64,000 bases of DNA, from NCBI GenBank assembly GCA_013239625.1, contig MU055456.1, forward strand, positions 1,424,403 through 1,488,402. The letters are read 5' to 3'. This document shows positions 42,140-54,631 of this stretch, piece by piece. The number at the start of each line of letters is the position of its first letter. Positions within the stretch are counted from its first letter, which is position 1. The notes under the pieces were generated by a model that was not told where the DNA came from, did not search any database, and worked only from the letters and a program-made list of their open reading frames with translations. The DNA comes from Lama guanicoe (taxonomy: Eukaryota). The position numbers and the translations under genes are program-made.

Positions 42140-42350
42140 ATGGATGATGATAACCGCCATCAGTCATGCCAGGCCTGGTCCTAAATACTTCACATCTCTA
42201 AACTCACTAAACTTTCCCCCAAAATCAATGAAGTAAGTAGTATTATTGTCCCCATTTTCCAGGTAGGGAAACTGAGAGGTTAAACACTTTCCTGGGGTCA
42301 CACAACTGGTAAATGGTGGAGGTGAGATGCAAATTCACATGGTCTGAGTA
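42140..42350 (-). mobile_element. MIR
   Basis: attattgtccccattttccaggtagggaaactgagaggttaaa core. Confidence 0.7.
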
Positions 42351-43624
42351 CAGACTTGGGAGGTGACAGCTGCCTAGAGGTGAAAGGCAAGGCCTTGCCT
42401 TAAAGGCACTGACCACAGAGGAAAATATATTCTATATTCACAACGGAAACCTACAACACATACTCAACTCTGGGCTTCTAACTCACCCAAAGGACTTTTA
42501 GAATCTGCCTCGGACAAGAAAACCACAAATCTAGCCCTCTGTCTTTTCAAAAATTACAATATTTCGGACACATGTGACTAAGCAAAATACTTGAGATCTT
42601 TTTACCTCTCTGCAACCGTCATGGTATAACTCATGACCAGCCAGTCCAGGCTCAAAAATACATAGAGAAATCAACTCAGGGGTTTAAGAAGGTCAATATT
42701 CTTTTAACTTATGGTATCAGCAACTAAATGCTACACATTAAAGTTTGTGTAAATATATGATGTGTTATTATGTGACAGAAATACACTAAAAAATAACTTT
42801 CAGTGTAAAAATAATTCTGTGCTTGGAAGTCATGTCTCAGGGCCCTTGGCTCAATAAGAAGCCAACTTTAGCCGAGTCTGAGCATTGCTGCTACACTGCT
42901 GGTCCAACTTGAGTCTGGGACTCTTTGCAAATTGTAGGTAGCGACCAGTATTTAAAATAAATAGAGTAGAATTGACTGTAAAGAGGCAGAAGGGAATATT
43001 CTGGGACAAGGACAGTGTTCTAAAACCTGAATGTGGAGAGAGCTGCACAATCATATAAACTCAAACTGTTCACTTAGAGCAGGTGAAGCTCACAGCACAT
43101 CAACTACACCTGAAGAAAGCCGTAATAGGAAGAAAGGGAGGGAGGGAGGAATAGGGTCAGAGAGGAAAGGACTAGAGGAGCAAGCACCAAATAGGAAGAG
43201 TAAGCACTGTTTTGTAAAAACCTGTTTCAGCTACAACGATATGTACATTGTAATATGTGTGTCTAACTGTGGAATTATTAATGATCCAAAAATCTGTAAA
43301 GCCCTGCTTCAGGGTAATGACAGCTAGAGAACTGCTATGCAACCTTGATGGGAACCCTCTGGGGAGCTCACTGTAATGCAGGTTCTACTCAGTAGGTCTC
43401 GGGCAAGGCCAGAATCAGCATCTTGAACAACCTCCTGGGTGATGCTGCTCTTCTGGTCTGTAGACCCCACTGGAGCTGGGGTACAAACTGAGGCTGAGCT
43501 GGAAGGAATACACAGACTTAAGACTGTCATCACTGGAAGGAGCCTTAGAAAAATCTAATAAGAGTGTTTCCCAAGTGGACATGATTCTGAGAATCTTCAA
43601 GGGGTTCTTTTTACAAATATAGAT

Positions 43625-45090
43625 TCCTGTAATCAAGACAGTGTGGTGCTGGAGTAAGGACAGACATAGATCAACAGGACACAATGGAGAGTCCAGAAAC
43701 AGACCCACATAGATATGAGCAGTCGAATATCTGACAAAGGTGTCAAGATAATACANNNNNNNNNNNNNNNNNNNNNNNNNNNNNNNNNNNNNNNNNNNNN
43801 NNNNNNNNNNNNNNNNNNNNNNNNNNNNNNNNNNNNNNNNNNNNNNNNNNNNNNNNNNNNNNNNNNNNNNNNNNNNNNNNNNNNNNNNNNNNNNNNNNNN
43901 NNNNNNNNNNNNNNNNNNNNNNNNNNNNNNNNNNNGGATCTTTCAGAACACAGAAAGCTCAAACTTTAAAAGAAAAAAATTGATAAATCAAACCTCATCA
44001 AAATTTAAACCTTCTGGTCTTCAAAAGACACTGTTAAGAAAATGAAAAGGCAAACCAGACAAAGAGAAAATATTCACAATACAGATGTCTGACAAAGAAC
44101 TTGTATTCAGACTATAATAAAAAATTATTTTAAAAAAACTTCAGTTTAACATAAAAAGACAACTAGTGACCAATCTTACTTGTGAATAGAGTCTGAAATA
44201 AAATATAAGCAAATAAAAAATTCTTACAGCTAAATATGTAAACAACTCAATAAAAAAAGGGCAAAAGATGTAAACAGACATTTCACATGCCAAGAAACCC
44301 GTGAAAAGATACTCAGTATCTTCAATCATCAGGAAAATGCAAAGCAAAACCACAACTAACAAACCATTATACAACCACTGGAATGGCAAAAAAAAAAATT
44401 TAAATCCAACAAAAAAATTGACCATACCAAGTGCCGGCATGGATGCAAAGCAACCAGAACTCTCCTACACTGCAGGTGAGAGTGTAAACTGGTACAACCA
44501 CCTAGGAAGAGAGTTCGGCCACTCTTTTCCCAGTTAGAGCATTCATTTATCATATGACCCAGCAATCCCACTCCCAGGGATTTACCCGGGAGAAATGCAA
44601 ATGTGTGCCCACAAAGCACGTGAATGTTCACAGATCTGTGTCCATAACTGCCAAAAATTGGAAACAAACCAACTGTCCACCAACAAGAGAATGGCTAAAA
44701 CGGCAAAGCAGCAAAAACACTCGTACATTCTAAGTGAGAGAACTAGTCTTCAGCAATAAAAGGAATGAATTACTTTTACACACACAACACGGATGAATCT
44801 CAAAAACATACTGAGTGAAAGAGGCCGAAGAGAAGAGTACGCTCTATGTGATTCCACTGATGCGAAATGTTTAGAGTGGGAAAACTAATCTATAGCAACA
44901 GAAAGCCCCTCAGCGTCTGCCACGGGCTGAGGGTGGGGCACGTCTGCAAGGGGCTGTGACGGGAACGGTCTGGTCTGTACTCCGATTGTGGTGGTGATTG
45001 TGGGAGTGTGTACATTCATCAAGGCACATCTATCAGTACACTTAAGATGGGTGCATTTCTTGTATAGAAATTATACATACAATTTATGCC
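43625..45090 (+). mobile_element. Old L1 (L1MC/L1ME-type) ORF2-end plus 3' UTR, about 1.45 kb, with an N gap
   Basis: gtaatcaagacagtgtggt...; MKRYSVSSIIRKMQSKTT remnant; atatgacccagcaatcccactcc; 3' UTR ending gtacacttaagatgggtgcattt. Confidence 0.85.
43756..43935. other. Assembly gap or masked run of N
   Basis: Run of n. Confidence 0.99.
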
Positions 45091-45110
45091 CAAGTATGTA
45101 CATAAATTTT

Positions 45111-45114
<4 letters not shown>

Positions 45115-45152
<38 letters not shown>
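45115..45152. repeat. (AC)19 microsatellite
   Basis: Seen directly. Confidence 0.95.
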
Positions 45153-45154
<2 letters not shown>

Positions 45155-46458
45155 TCCATAAAATCAATTTAAAATATACAGATTCCCAAACTGCCTCCTC
45201 AGACCTGGTGAACTGATATCTCCCAGGAGGTGGCAGAGAACCTGAATTTATAACAAGCAGCCCAGATGGTTCATTCCTACGACTGGACGGACACATGAGA
45301 GAAATACTGTTTTAGTTCACTTCATAGCAGCAGAAAAGGGAGGCCTGGTGAGATAAAGAAGCTTTACAAAGGTCCCAAATAAATAGTCAGCAAGTGCCTC
45401 TGCTCACAGGAATGGTATATATCAATATTTACCTAACAATAAATCGCAGAGGGAACAGGGTGGGACAGGGAGGGACATGAAAGCAGTGTTTGTGACATGG
45501 CCTGCTTCGTCCAAGCAGTATTTAATGGGCCATAATAAAAAGCAGTAAATAAATCATTTCCATTTAAGACAATGAGAGCACAGTTCACACTAATAAGTCA
45601 TTTAAATATCATTCTGTCTACATCTCAACCTGTTTCTCAGATGTGTCCCTGGGTCTGAGAGTTCGAACAGGACCGTTTCCCAGGGGACTCTACCCTCCTG
45701 CCACACCGAGCTCCTGTCTCCAGCTTCAAGGAGCCAGGGTCTCTCTCACCTCCAGCTCTTTGCACAAGCTCTGCTCCCTGCCCAGAACGCCCTCTCCCCT
45801 ACCCCAGTACACACACTCTGAGTAGGGTCGGCTGAGTAGCCACTTCCTCCAGGAAGCATTCCCTGATTTACCCGGGGACCCCAAGAAGGAGAAGTCTGTG
45901 TGCACCCAGCCCCATCCCCCACCATCCCTGTGGTTGTGACAGTCTAGCCCCACCACTGCTCTCCCAGCTTTCAGCCCAGGGCAGGCTCCCAGGAAGTACA
46001 TGTCACCTGAACACCTCAGATACCATTCCATTCTCATATCTGTGAGACCTTTAAGTCTGGTGTCTTCTCCAGCACCCCCTTTATTGATTGAAAAAAAGAA
46101 TTCTTTTACTCAGGGAAAAACAAATACCTCTACCTGTCATGTTCAGTTCTGAGGGCCAAACACTTCCAGGGCTCCTCAGGGAGTGGCAGGGCGTGAGGGC
46201 TCGGCTGGGCTCAGACAGGTGCCTGTAGACCCAGACACTGACACCCCAGAACCCAGGCAGGTCTGACTGGTCTCCCCTGGAAAAAGCATCATCCAAACCA
46301 CTGAGTCAACAGATCTGTGTCACCGCCACTGGCATAACTTGGCTGCCAACAGGCAAAGCCGGTCCTCATTTGGACACAGAGAACTGACTGGTAAATGGCA
46401 GCTCTTTCCTTATCGACCTGGCCAGGATCAGGTTTAGGAAGGCTACAATGACTTAAAT

Positions 46459-46647
46459 CAGTGGCTCTCGAACTTGAGCTTACGTCAGAATCACCTGGAG
46501 GTCTTCTGAAAACAAAAATGCCGAGCCTCCCCACCCAAAGACTCTGATTCAGTTGGGCTGGGTGGGGCCCATGGGTTTACATTTCGGACAAGCTCCCGGG
46601 TGGTGACGATGTCGCCATCCATACATCACACGCTCTGAGAAGCCCAG
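46459..46647. mobile_element. MER5A
   Basis: TIR cagtggctctcgaac; tcagaatcacctggag; imperfect 8-bp TSD acttaaat/gcttaaac. Confidence 0.8.
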
Positions 46648-46649
46648 GC

Positions 46650-47090
46650 TTAAACTGCTTTCACCACAAAGCCATTCGTGATCCCGTTTATCAAGAGGTG
46701 TTCAGGAAGAGAGTCCTGGGTGGAAGACTCCAGCGGACCCAAGACCCTTTTGCTTCTCTATTCAGTCACTCTCAGTGTGGCTCCCCTCCTGATTACAAGA
46801 TGCTGCCATGGCTCCAGCATCACCTTCTTACAAGAGAGCAGACAAAGTGGGATGGAGAGGGGAGGAGCCAAAATAGGGAGGCAGGGGCTCTCTCCTCATG
46901 CTCATTTCCCTTTGGTGCCAAAAAGATCCCCAATGGTCTTCCCCAGAAGTCTCCTTGGCTGGTACCGGGTCACATGGCTGCAAGGAAGGCCAGGAGAGTG
47001 AACACATGGCAAAGGGGAATGGGGCACCAAGAATGACTTAGGCCTGAAGTGACTCAAAGCCTGGCCCCAGCACTGACCACCCAACAGCCC
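46650..47090 (-). mobile_element. Degenerate MLT1 (MaLR) LTR
   Basis: caagatgctgccatggctccagcatcacc; gggtcacatggctgcaaggaaggccaggagagtg motifs. Confidence 0.55.
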
Positions 47091-49099
47091 AGCTCTGTAG
47101 GAAGGGAAGAATGGCTGCTGGGGAGGCAGTCAGCAGCCCGCCTCACTGTCCATCCTCCTGCGTGGATGCCCCACTGCTGGCCAGCAAGGGGCTGTCCCCA
47201 GCCAAAGCCCGTACCAGCATGCTGCTAAAAACGATGCTGGCCCCATGCACTAGCTGCTTAGTAGACTGAAACAGCTCTCTCAGCCACCGTTTTCCTTGTA
47301 AACTGAGTTCTGCCTTTGCCACAGGGTGGAGGGAAGGACTAAATAAAAGAACGGTTTGTCCACTTTTGATCTTTTGCAGACTGAGCTCTGGAAAACTAGG
47401 GCTATGTTGTATCTGCCACACATCACCGGTTGGCACATGTCAGGCACTCAATTAATGTTTGCAGAGTGGACCAAGAGCTTCTTTTAAGCACGTGTCCTTA
47501 GGTTCTGTCAAGGCCATTTGTAGAAATGCCTTCTGGGGATTTTTACACTAAAAGAGATGCCGCTGAAATAGAAGCTAGAAAAAAAACGAGGACTAACACA
47601 GGTGACGTGTAGAAAAGACCAGCTGCTGTAAAACAGAGCAAAGACAGTTACAGGACTGTGATTCCGCCAGGCTTGTGTTTAGACAGCATGTTCAAAGGCA
47701 CCGCCATGGAAGAGTCAGGGTGCAGGTCAGCAGCCTCACCCACACAACGTGCTGCAGGGGAGACAAGCTGGCTGTGTCACTCCTACTGACCCTGACCGAC
47801 TGGCAACGTCTGTCCAGAGCGTGGTGTTGGAAGAAAGTCGAGGCAACTTCCAGGTGATGAACTGAGTCTGGCATGGAACAGATGGGACAGAGGAGCGTCA
47901 GCATACGTGTCACACGTGCTTTTTTTCCCTCTCCTTGGATGAGATAACTGAGGGATGTTATTTTGACCAAAAGAAACTGACTGGCCTGGTCTTTGTGCTC
48001 ATCTGAAGGCGCCACAAAGCAAACTTGCTGGTCTCCTCCAGGCCTAGAATGGCTACTCATCAGCTCTGACCCACGGAAGGCAGTGTGCTACGTGCCTCAG
48101 ATGTATTTTTCTAGTCCTTAATACAACCCCAAGAAGTAGGTATCACTCATCCCATTTTACTGATGGGAACATGAGGGCCTGAAAGACTTTCTTCCAAGAC
48201 AACACAAGGGCCTGAGGCTACATGTGATGATGCCTCTGGGAGGTGCTCCAAGGCCTGGCTCCTGCCACCCGCCTCCTGCCCTCTGTCCTCCTGGGGGGCT
48301 GAAGGCCGAGCCTGCACAGACTCCAGCTGACCCTCTGACATCTGGAGTCAGCTCAAAAGTGGTCCTCCTAGCCTAAAACTGATACAAAGCTTGTACTATG
48401 AGTACGCCCACCATTTTCTAAGAAATAAACAAAACCCAAACCTCCTCCCCAAATAGGAGCTTATTCTATTTCTCTCAACCAAAGTACACAAGGAAAGGCA
48501 GGACAGATCTTGTCCTGAGGGTACACCATGCTTCTCTCTCACGTGCCTGAGAAATTCCACAGAGAGGGCCTGCCGGCACTTGCTGCATCGCAGCAGCGGG
48601 AGGTGTGGCTGGACGGGAGACAGGCAGTGTGCTGCGAGCCAACACTGCCCCGGCTCAACACCGAAATGAATTAGTACATTCATTAAGTAAGACCCTGACT
48701 AGCCTTTCTGTCAAGGTTATTTATTCTGAGGAAGATGGTTTGCCTTGATTAAGCTACCAGTGGCCAACAGTAAATGATAAAACGTTTTAATTTGTCCACA
48801 AGAAATTAAAATATCTACAACTTCCAGCAAGAACCTAAACTTAGCCAAATCTTTCCTGTGTTGATGTTTATAATGAAACATAGTATGTCCTGAAAAGTAT
48901 TTAATAAATTTATAGTCTAAAGAGACGAGTAAAATGTGAACGCCACCAGCCTCTGCTTCCCCAGTGTTAACTGCCAAGCTGAGGCACGACTGCAACATCA
49001 ACAGAGCTCGGATTCCATTCACAAGGCTTTGGCTTATTCCTGCAAAACCTAGCCTGGTGCCTTGTATACAGCAGGCACACAATAAAATATGCCCTCTTA

Positions 49100-49670
49100 T
49101 ACTAGCTAACATTTACATAGCTCTTACTCTCCACCAGGTGCTGTATTAAGTGCTTTGCACACATTCTCTTATTTATTGAAGTCTAGTCAGTTTAAAGCGT
49201 TGTGTCAATTTCTGGTGCACAGTATGATGTTTCAGTCATACACATACACACGTATATTCCTTTTCACAGTCTTTTTCATTATAAGTTACTACAAGATATT
49301 GAATATAGTTCCCTGTGCTTCACAGAAGAAACTTGTTTATCATCCTGCTGTGATTCCCTATGTTTCCAGTTGAAGATCTTTTTTGCTATGTTCCAGTCTT
49401 TTAAAATTGATGGTTGTTTAGCAGCCACTTGTGGTTTTGCTGTGATCATGAGAGGAGGCGAGCTCGTGGTCCTACTACTCCACCATCTTGACCAGAAATC
49501 TCCACATTCTCTTATTTAAATCTCACAACAACCTATGCAGTTGGATTTATTACTCTCCCCTTCCACAGAGGAGAGGAGGCTTCCAGGAAGGTGAAGTGAC
49601 TTGCTCAAGATCACCTAGGTAATAAAGGCAGCAGAACCAGGATTCAAAATCAAGGCATCTGGCTACAAAC
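49100..49670 (-). mobile_element. MIR interrupted by an L1-derived insertion
   Basis: gctaacatttacatagctcttac...gtgctttgcacacattctcttattt / aaatctcacaacaacctatg...gaaggtgaagtgacttgctcaagatcac; the two halves rejoin across the duplicated site. Confidence 0.8.
49175..49502 (-). mobile_element. Short L1-derived retroelement: L1 5' end (49341-49502) fused to L1 3' end (49175-49340), 15-bp TSD
   Basis: TSD cacattctcttattt at 49160-49174 and 49503-49517; minus strand begins ...ggtCAAGATGGTGgagtag (YY1-type L1 start) and ends ...aaactgactagacttcAATAAA. Confidence 0.85.
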
Positions 49671-49771
49671 GTAAGCAAAAAGCTACACTGAATGAAAAAA
49701 CTACTTACATCCAAGTGCAACCTATATTTTCTTACTGCAAGTAACAGCAATTAGCACACTACATACTGATA

Positions 49772-50009
49772 CGGTTGACCCTGAACAACACAAGTTAGAT
49801 CTACGCAAGCCCACTTAGAAGCAGATTTTTTTCGGTAGTAAATACTACGGTACTGCACGATCCCTTGTTAGTTGGATCTGCGGATGTGGAAGCGCGTATA
49901 CAGAGGAACCACATGCAGGGAAGAACCATGCATACCGAGGGATGACTATAAGCTATATGTGGGTTTTTGACTGTGAGGACTAACCCCTGCCTTGTTCAAG
50001 GGTCAATCG
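49772..50009. mobile_element. MER8 (TcMar-Tigger) MITE
   Basis: ta|cggttgaccctgaacaa ... ttgttcaagggtcaatcg|ta; homologous to the copy at 11295-11509. Confidence 0.8.
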
Positions 50010-50240
50010 TATTTGCAGATTTTGAAACTGCTCTACTATTAGTGACTAACAAATACTGTTTCTGTCAGAGAAGAAACAAGTGACTGAATTTACACATCTA
50101 GAAACTGCACTTGATTTCAGTTCCAGCGGTTACTCACACAGGATGGTCGGTTAATCCCAGAGCGGCTTCCAGCCCTGTGGCTCTGACTGGCCTAGCACTC
50201 AAGGTCCCCACAGCCCAGCCACAGAAAAGAAAGTCCACCT

Positions 50241-50581
50241 GGAAGGGGAAACGTGAGGAAGGTGGTCAAAAGGTACAAACTTCTAGTTATAAGATAAGTA
50301 AGTACTAGGAAGGTAACGTACAACATGATGACTGCAACTAATACTGCTGCACGTTACATAGGAAAGTTGTTAAGAGAGTAAATCCTATGAGTTGTCATCA
50401 CAAGGAGAAAATTTTTTCCCTGTTTTTATTCTATCTATATGAGAAGATGGATGTTAGCTGAACCTACTGTGGTAACCACTTCATTACATATATAAATCAA
50501 ACCATCACACTGTACACCTTAAACTTAACACATACATACAGTGATGTATGTCAATTACTTCTCAATAAACCTGGGGAAAAA
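50241..50581 (+). mobile_element. 5'-truncated L1 (L1MA9-like) 3' end with A tail and degenerate TSD
   Basis: aaaaggtacaaacttctagttataagataag...ctcaataaacctggggaaaaa; flanks aaaagaaagtccacct (50225-50240) and aaaagaaatccagcct (50582-50597). Confidence 0.8.
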
Positions 50582-50757
50582 AAAAGAAATCCAGCCTCAG
50601 AGTAACAGAATGAAGGCAGGTGACTTAGGAGGGCGTTCCAGGGCTCAACAATGGCTATCTGTCCATCTGTTGGATGAATTCCTGCAGCTGTGCCCCATCC
50701 ACCAACCCATCCACTTTGAGAGGTATTTAAATGGGATTTATAGCTAACCTGCTAACA

Positions 50758-50852
50758 TAAGAAGAGGAAAGGAAAGGAAGGAGGGGAGGAAAGGAAAGGA
50801 AGGAGGGAAGGAAGGGAGGAAAACAATAAGAATGCAACAGGGAAGGAAAGCA
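50758..50852. repeat. Purine-rich (GGAA/GGAG) low-complexity tract
   Basis: Seen directly. Confidence 0.8.
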
Positions 50853-50921
50853 GAGTGGGTGGCTTACACTGTAGTTTAGGGGGGAAAATCACTGTTAAAC
50901 AAGGATCTAAGAAGCTGGCCC

Positions 50922-51152
50922 CAAATATGTAGAGACGGAGTAAATTAGCAGCTAGGTTGCCTAGGGCTGGGGGTTGGGAGAAAATGGGGAGTGACTGCCA
51001 ATGGGTGTGTGGTTTCTTTTTGGGGGTATAAAAATATTCTGGAATTGATTGTGGTATTGGTTGTACATTGCACAACTCTGTGAATATGCTAAAAATCATT
51101 GAACTGTACACTGTGAATGGGCAAATTGTACGGTATACAAAAAAAGAAGAAA
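50922..51152 (+). mobile_element. L1MB-type 3' end
   Basis: ggttgcctagggctggggg...atggggagtgactgccaatggg...cacaactctgtgaatatgctaaaaatcattgaactgtacac. Confidence 0.8.
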
Positions 51153-51984
51153 AGCTGGCAGAGTATCAGAAAACCACAATAAAACCATCCCTAAAGCATA
51201 AAATATTAAAACCACAAGTACACGGCCAGAACGAGTGAAAACCTGAGCACCCTGGTATGTATGAATGGCACATAGTAACAAAAGTAGATGAGTTTTATTA
51301 TTTGCTTCAAAGCAGAGCATCTGCAATCTAAAAATCAAATATTTAAGGCATTTATTATAAACAATCCACTTTATGTTTGGAAACACAAGCAGTTGCAGGA
51401 TTTGAGATCAGAACCAGAGGAGGAATAGAACCAGTTCCAAGCCAGGGAAGGACATCTGACAAAGCAAACAAAGCAAACACAGGAGGTGCAAGGAGACAGA
51501 AAGAAGCCATGTAAAAGCCTTCCTGATCCTACAGAACCAGGCTTCCAGAGCATCCTGAGGAGTCTGACCCATTTGCGAGGTTATTCAACACCCTGTTCCA
51601 TAAAACAAGGCCTCATAAGTAGCTGAAAATATGTCAGGTAGCAGGGGAGCCTTTCTGAATTTCCATCTTAAAGCCTTGCAGTGGGCCAGGTATTCCTGTT
51701 AAAGTCTGCATGGCATTTCAAGGATTTGTTACAAATATCCTTCTTTTTAAAACAGTCTCACACAAACCCTGAAAGGCCCCTTCCTTACACTCTAGCCACC
51801 TTCAAGATTCTCTCTCCCTCTGGTTCCTAAGGGGCTATAAAAATCAGCGACTACTGCGGATGACTGTACAATCTTGTGAACATACTAAAAACCACTGAAC
51901 TGTACACTTTATAAGGTTGAAATTTGTTATATGAATCATATACCTCAAGAATAATTTTCCCACTGTTTCAAGAAGCAGGGCCAA

Positions 51985-52321
51985 NNNNNNNNNNNNNNNN
52001 NNNNNNNNNNNNNNNNNNNNNNNNNNNNNNNNNNNNNNNNNNNNNNNNNNNNNNNNNNNNNNNNNNNNNNNNNNNNNNNNNNNNNNNNNNNNNNNNNNNN
52101 NNNNNNNNNNNNNNNNNNNNNNNNNNNNNNNNNNNNNNNNNNNNNNNNNNNNNNNNNNNNNNNNNNNNNNNNNNNNNNNNNNNNNNNNNNNNNNNNNNNN
52201 NNNNNNNNNNNNNNNNNNNNNNNNNNNNNNNNNNNNNNNNNNNNNNNNNNNNNNNNNNNNNNNNNNNNNNNNNNNNNNNNNNNNNNNNNNNNNNNNNNNN
52301 NNNNNNNNNNNNNNNNNNNNN
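51985..52321. other. Assembly gap or masked run of N
   Basis: Run of n. Confidence 0.99.
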
Positions 52322-52576
52322 ACAATAGGAAAAGGTAAAATAGAGACAGAGAATATCGGTTACCAGGTACCAGGGGGAGGGAAAAATGGGGAGTTGTTAT
52401 TTAACGGTTACAGAGTTTCTGTCTGAGATGATGAAAAAGTTCTAGAAATTGATGATGACAGTTATACAATATTGTGAATGCACTTAAAGTCACTGAACTG
52501 TACACTTAAAAATGGTTAAAACATCACAGTTTATGTTATGTATGTTTCACCACAATAAAAAACAATTCAAAAAAAG
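52322..52576 (+). mobile_element. L1MB-type 3' end (5' part hidden in the N gap)
   Basis: gggagttgttatttaacggttacagagtttct...cactgaactgtacacttaaaaatggttaaa...cacaataaaa. Confidence 0.8.
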
Positions 52577-52859
52577 TCAGAGCCCTCTTATCTAAGAACC
52601 TATACTTGATATCTGCGTCAAAGTAGTAAGGGAGTACAAAACAGTCTTCAGAAAATGAACATCCTTTTTACATTACAAATTTGAGGTGAAAACATTTTAA
52701 TTACATTAGTCAGGTTTCAACTGACTAGGCATCTAGATTTAACGCTTATACATCCAACTTGGTCATTTGGAAGAAGTTATCAAAACCATCGCAGCGAGGA
52801 TGAACACCTATGCTTGCTTCTCTATTAAACAGCCTGTGACTGTAAGACAATCTCGAGAC

Positions 52860-53010
52860 CAACACTGCCCCACGGAATTTCCTGCAATGACGGGAATGTT
52901 CTGTGTCTGTGCTGTGCAACACTGCAGCCACTAGCCACATGGAGCCAGTGAGCACTTAAAATGTGGCTAGTGCAACTGAGGAGCTAAATTTTGAATTTTA
53001 TTTCATTTAG
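52860..53010. mobile_element. MER3-like hAT MITE fragment
   Basis: gcagccactagccacatggagccagtgagcacttaaaatgtggctagtgcaactgaggagctaaatttt. Confidence 0.75.
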
Positions 53011-53664
53011 CAGTGAGTGCCAAAGAGGGGTGGAGGGCAAAAAATAAGAGTGTCCCTCTATTCTCTGGTGTCTTCTGTGGAAAAATGCTAACTGCTCAAA
53101 GTGGGAAGAAAAAGCTCAGCTAGAACAATGAGAACCAGGACCTAGGAGGAGAGTCTGACACACCTCACAGGAAGAGGGAAAGCAAGGCCACCGGCTGCAG
53201 GCCGCTGAGTAGGGCACAACTGTATACTTTAAGAATTTCAATATATAAATTAAGCCCTAAGTGGGAGAAAATGCAGCGCCATTTCCGTGCAGAAGCTGGA
53301 AAGCGTGGCGAAGATGGGCCTGCGGTAACTACTTGCTGAGAACCTGGCAGTGCTGCCCTGCTGAGCACAGGGCACCCGAGTGCCAGTGACTGTGGCGGCT
53401 CACGCAAGCACGGACTGTCTCCAGTCCTCCAGCCAGAAGTCAGTGTTTGCTTACCTCTGGCCTCATGGTCCAGTCTTACACTTCCATTTACGGTACTTTT
53501 CGATATTAGACTTGGATTATACGTTAGAGAAAGCATATCTCACTAGGTCACTATGTCCTTGAAAGCACCCAGTATACAACAATATTAGTATACTGATACA
53601 AATGCATATTACGTAGAAAAAAAGTTTTTCCGCCCAGACATCTGGTCTCGGCCTTGTACTCAGT

Positions 53665-53905
53665 GCACAGATGACGACGACGACACCCCCGATCTCATGG
53701 AGCACAGTTACGTGCGAGACGCCGCGCTAAGCGCTTCCCGTGCCTACCTCATATAATCCTCCTGTCAACCCTGTGAGGAGTCTCTGTTATTAGCCCCATT
53801 TCGTCGTAAGTCAAGAACCTGAGGCTAGAAGAGACCAATAAACTAACCCATGGCCCCACAGCTAGTTAGTGGCCACGCCAGTATCTCATTAGATTAAGGT
53901 CTTAA
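53665..53905 (-). mobile_element. MIR (GC-shifted)
   Basis: taatcctcctgtcaaccctgtgagg...tattagccccattt...ctgaggctagaagag...cacagctagttagtggc. Confidence 0.65.
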
Positions 53906-53917
53906 GCAGTACATTCT

Positions 53918-54631
53918 TTAAAATTTTTTTTATTTTTAAAATTTTATTCTATTGTGGTAAGAACAAGTAACATGATATTTACACTGTTAATAAACTTTTC
54001 CATGTACAATACAGTACTGTCAACTGTCAGCACAATGTGGTACAGCAGATCTCTAGAACGTATTCATCCTGTTTAACTGAAACTTGATGTCCATTGACTA
54101 GTAACTCCCCATTTCCCCTCAGCCCTGGCAACCACCATTCTACCCTCTGATGTTATGAATGTGACTATTTGGGATACCCTCATGTCAGTGGAATCATGCA
54201 GTATTTGGCTTATTTCGCTCAGCATAATACCCTCAGGGGCCATCCATGTCGTCGCATATTGCACAATGTCCTTCTTTAAGGCTGGATACTATTCCGTTGT
54301 ATGTATATACCGCGTTTTCTTTAGCCAATCATTTGTCCACGGACATTTAGGTTCTTTCCACATTTTAGCGACTGTGAATAGCATTAATAGCTCTTTGAGA
54401 TTTTTTATTNNNNNNNNNNNNNNNNNNNNNNNNNNNNNNNNNNNNNNNNNNNNNNNNNNNNNNNNNNNNNNNNNNNNNNNNNNNNNNNNNNNNNNNNNNN
54501 NNNNNNNNNNNNNNNNNNNNNNNNNNNNNNNNNNNNNNNNNNACCATTCCAATTTCTCCATGTCCTCACCAGCATTTGTTTTCTGTTTTTTGGATGAAAG
54601 CCATCCTGACAGGTGTGAGGTGACATCTCAT
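53918..54631 (-). mobile_element. 5'-truncated L1MA-type element with an N gap and degenerate TSD
   Basis: Remnants LFTVAKMWKEPKCP and ATTWMAPEGIMLSEISQ (L1 ORF2 end); T-rich tail at about 53920-53950; flanks cagtacattct / cagtaaattct. Confidence 0.85.
54410..54542. other. Assembly gap or masked run of N
   Basis: Run of n. Confidence 0.99.
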
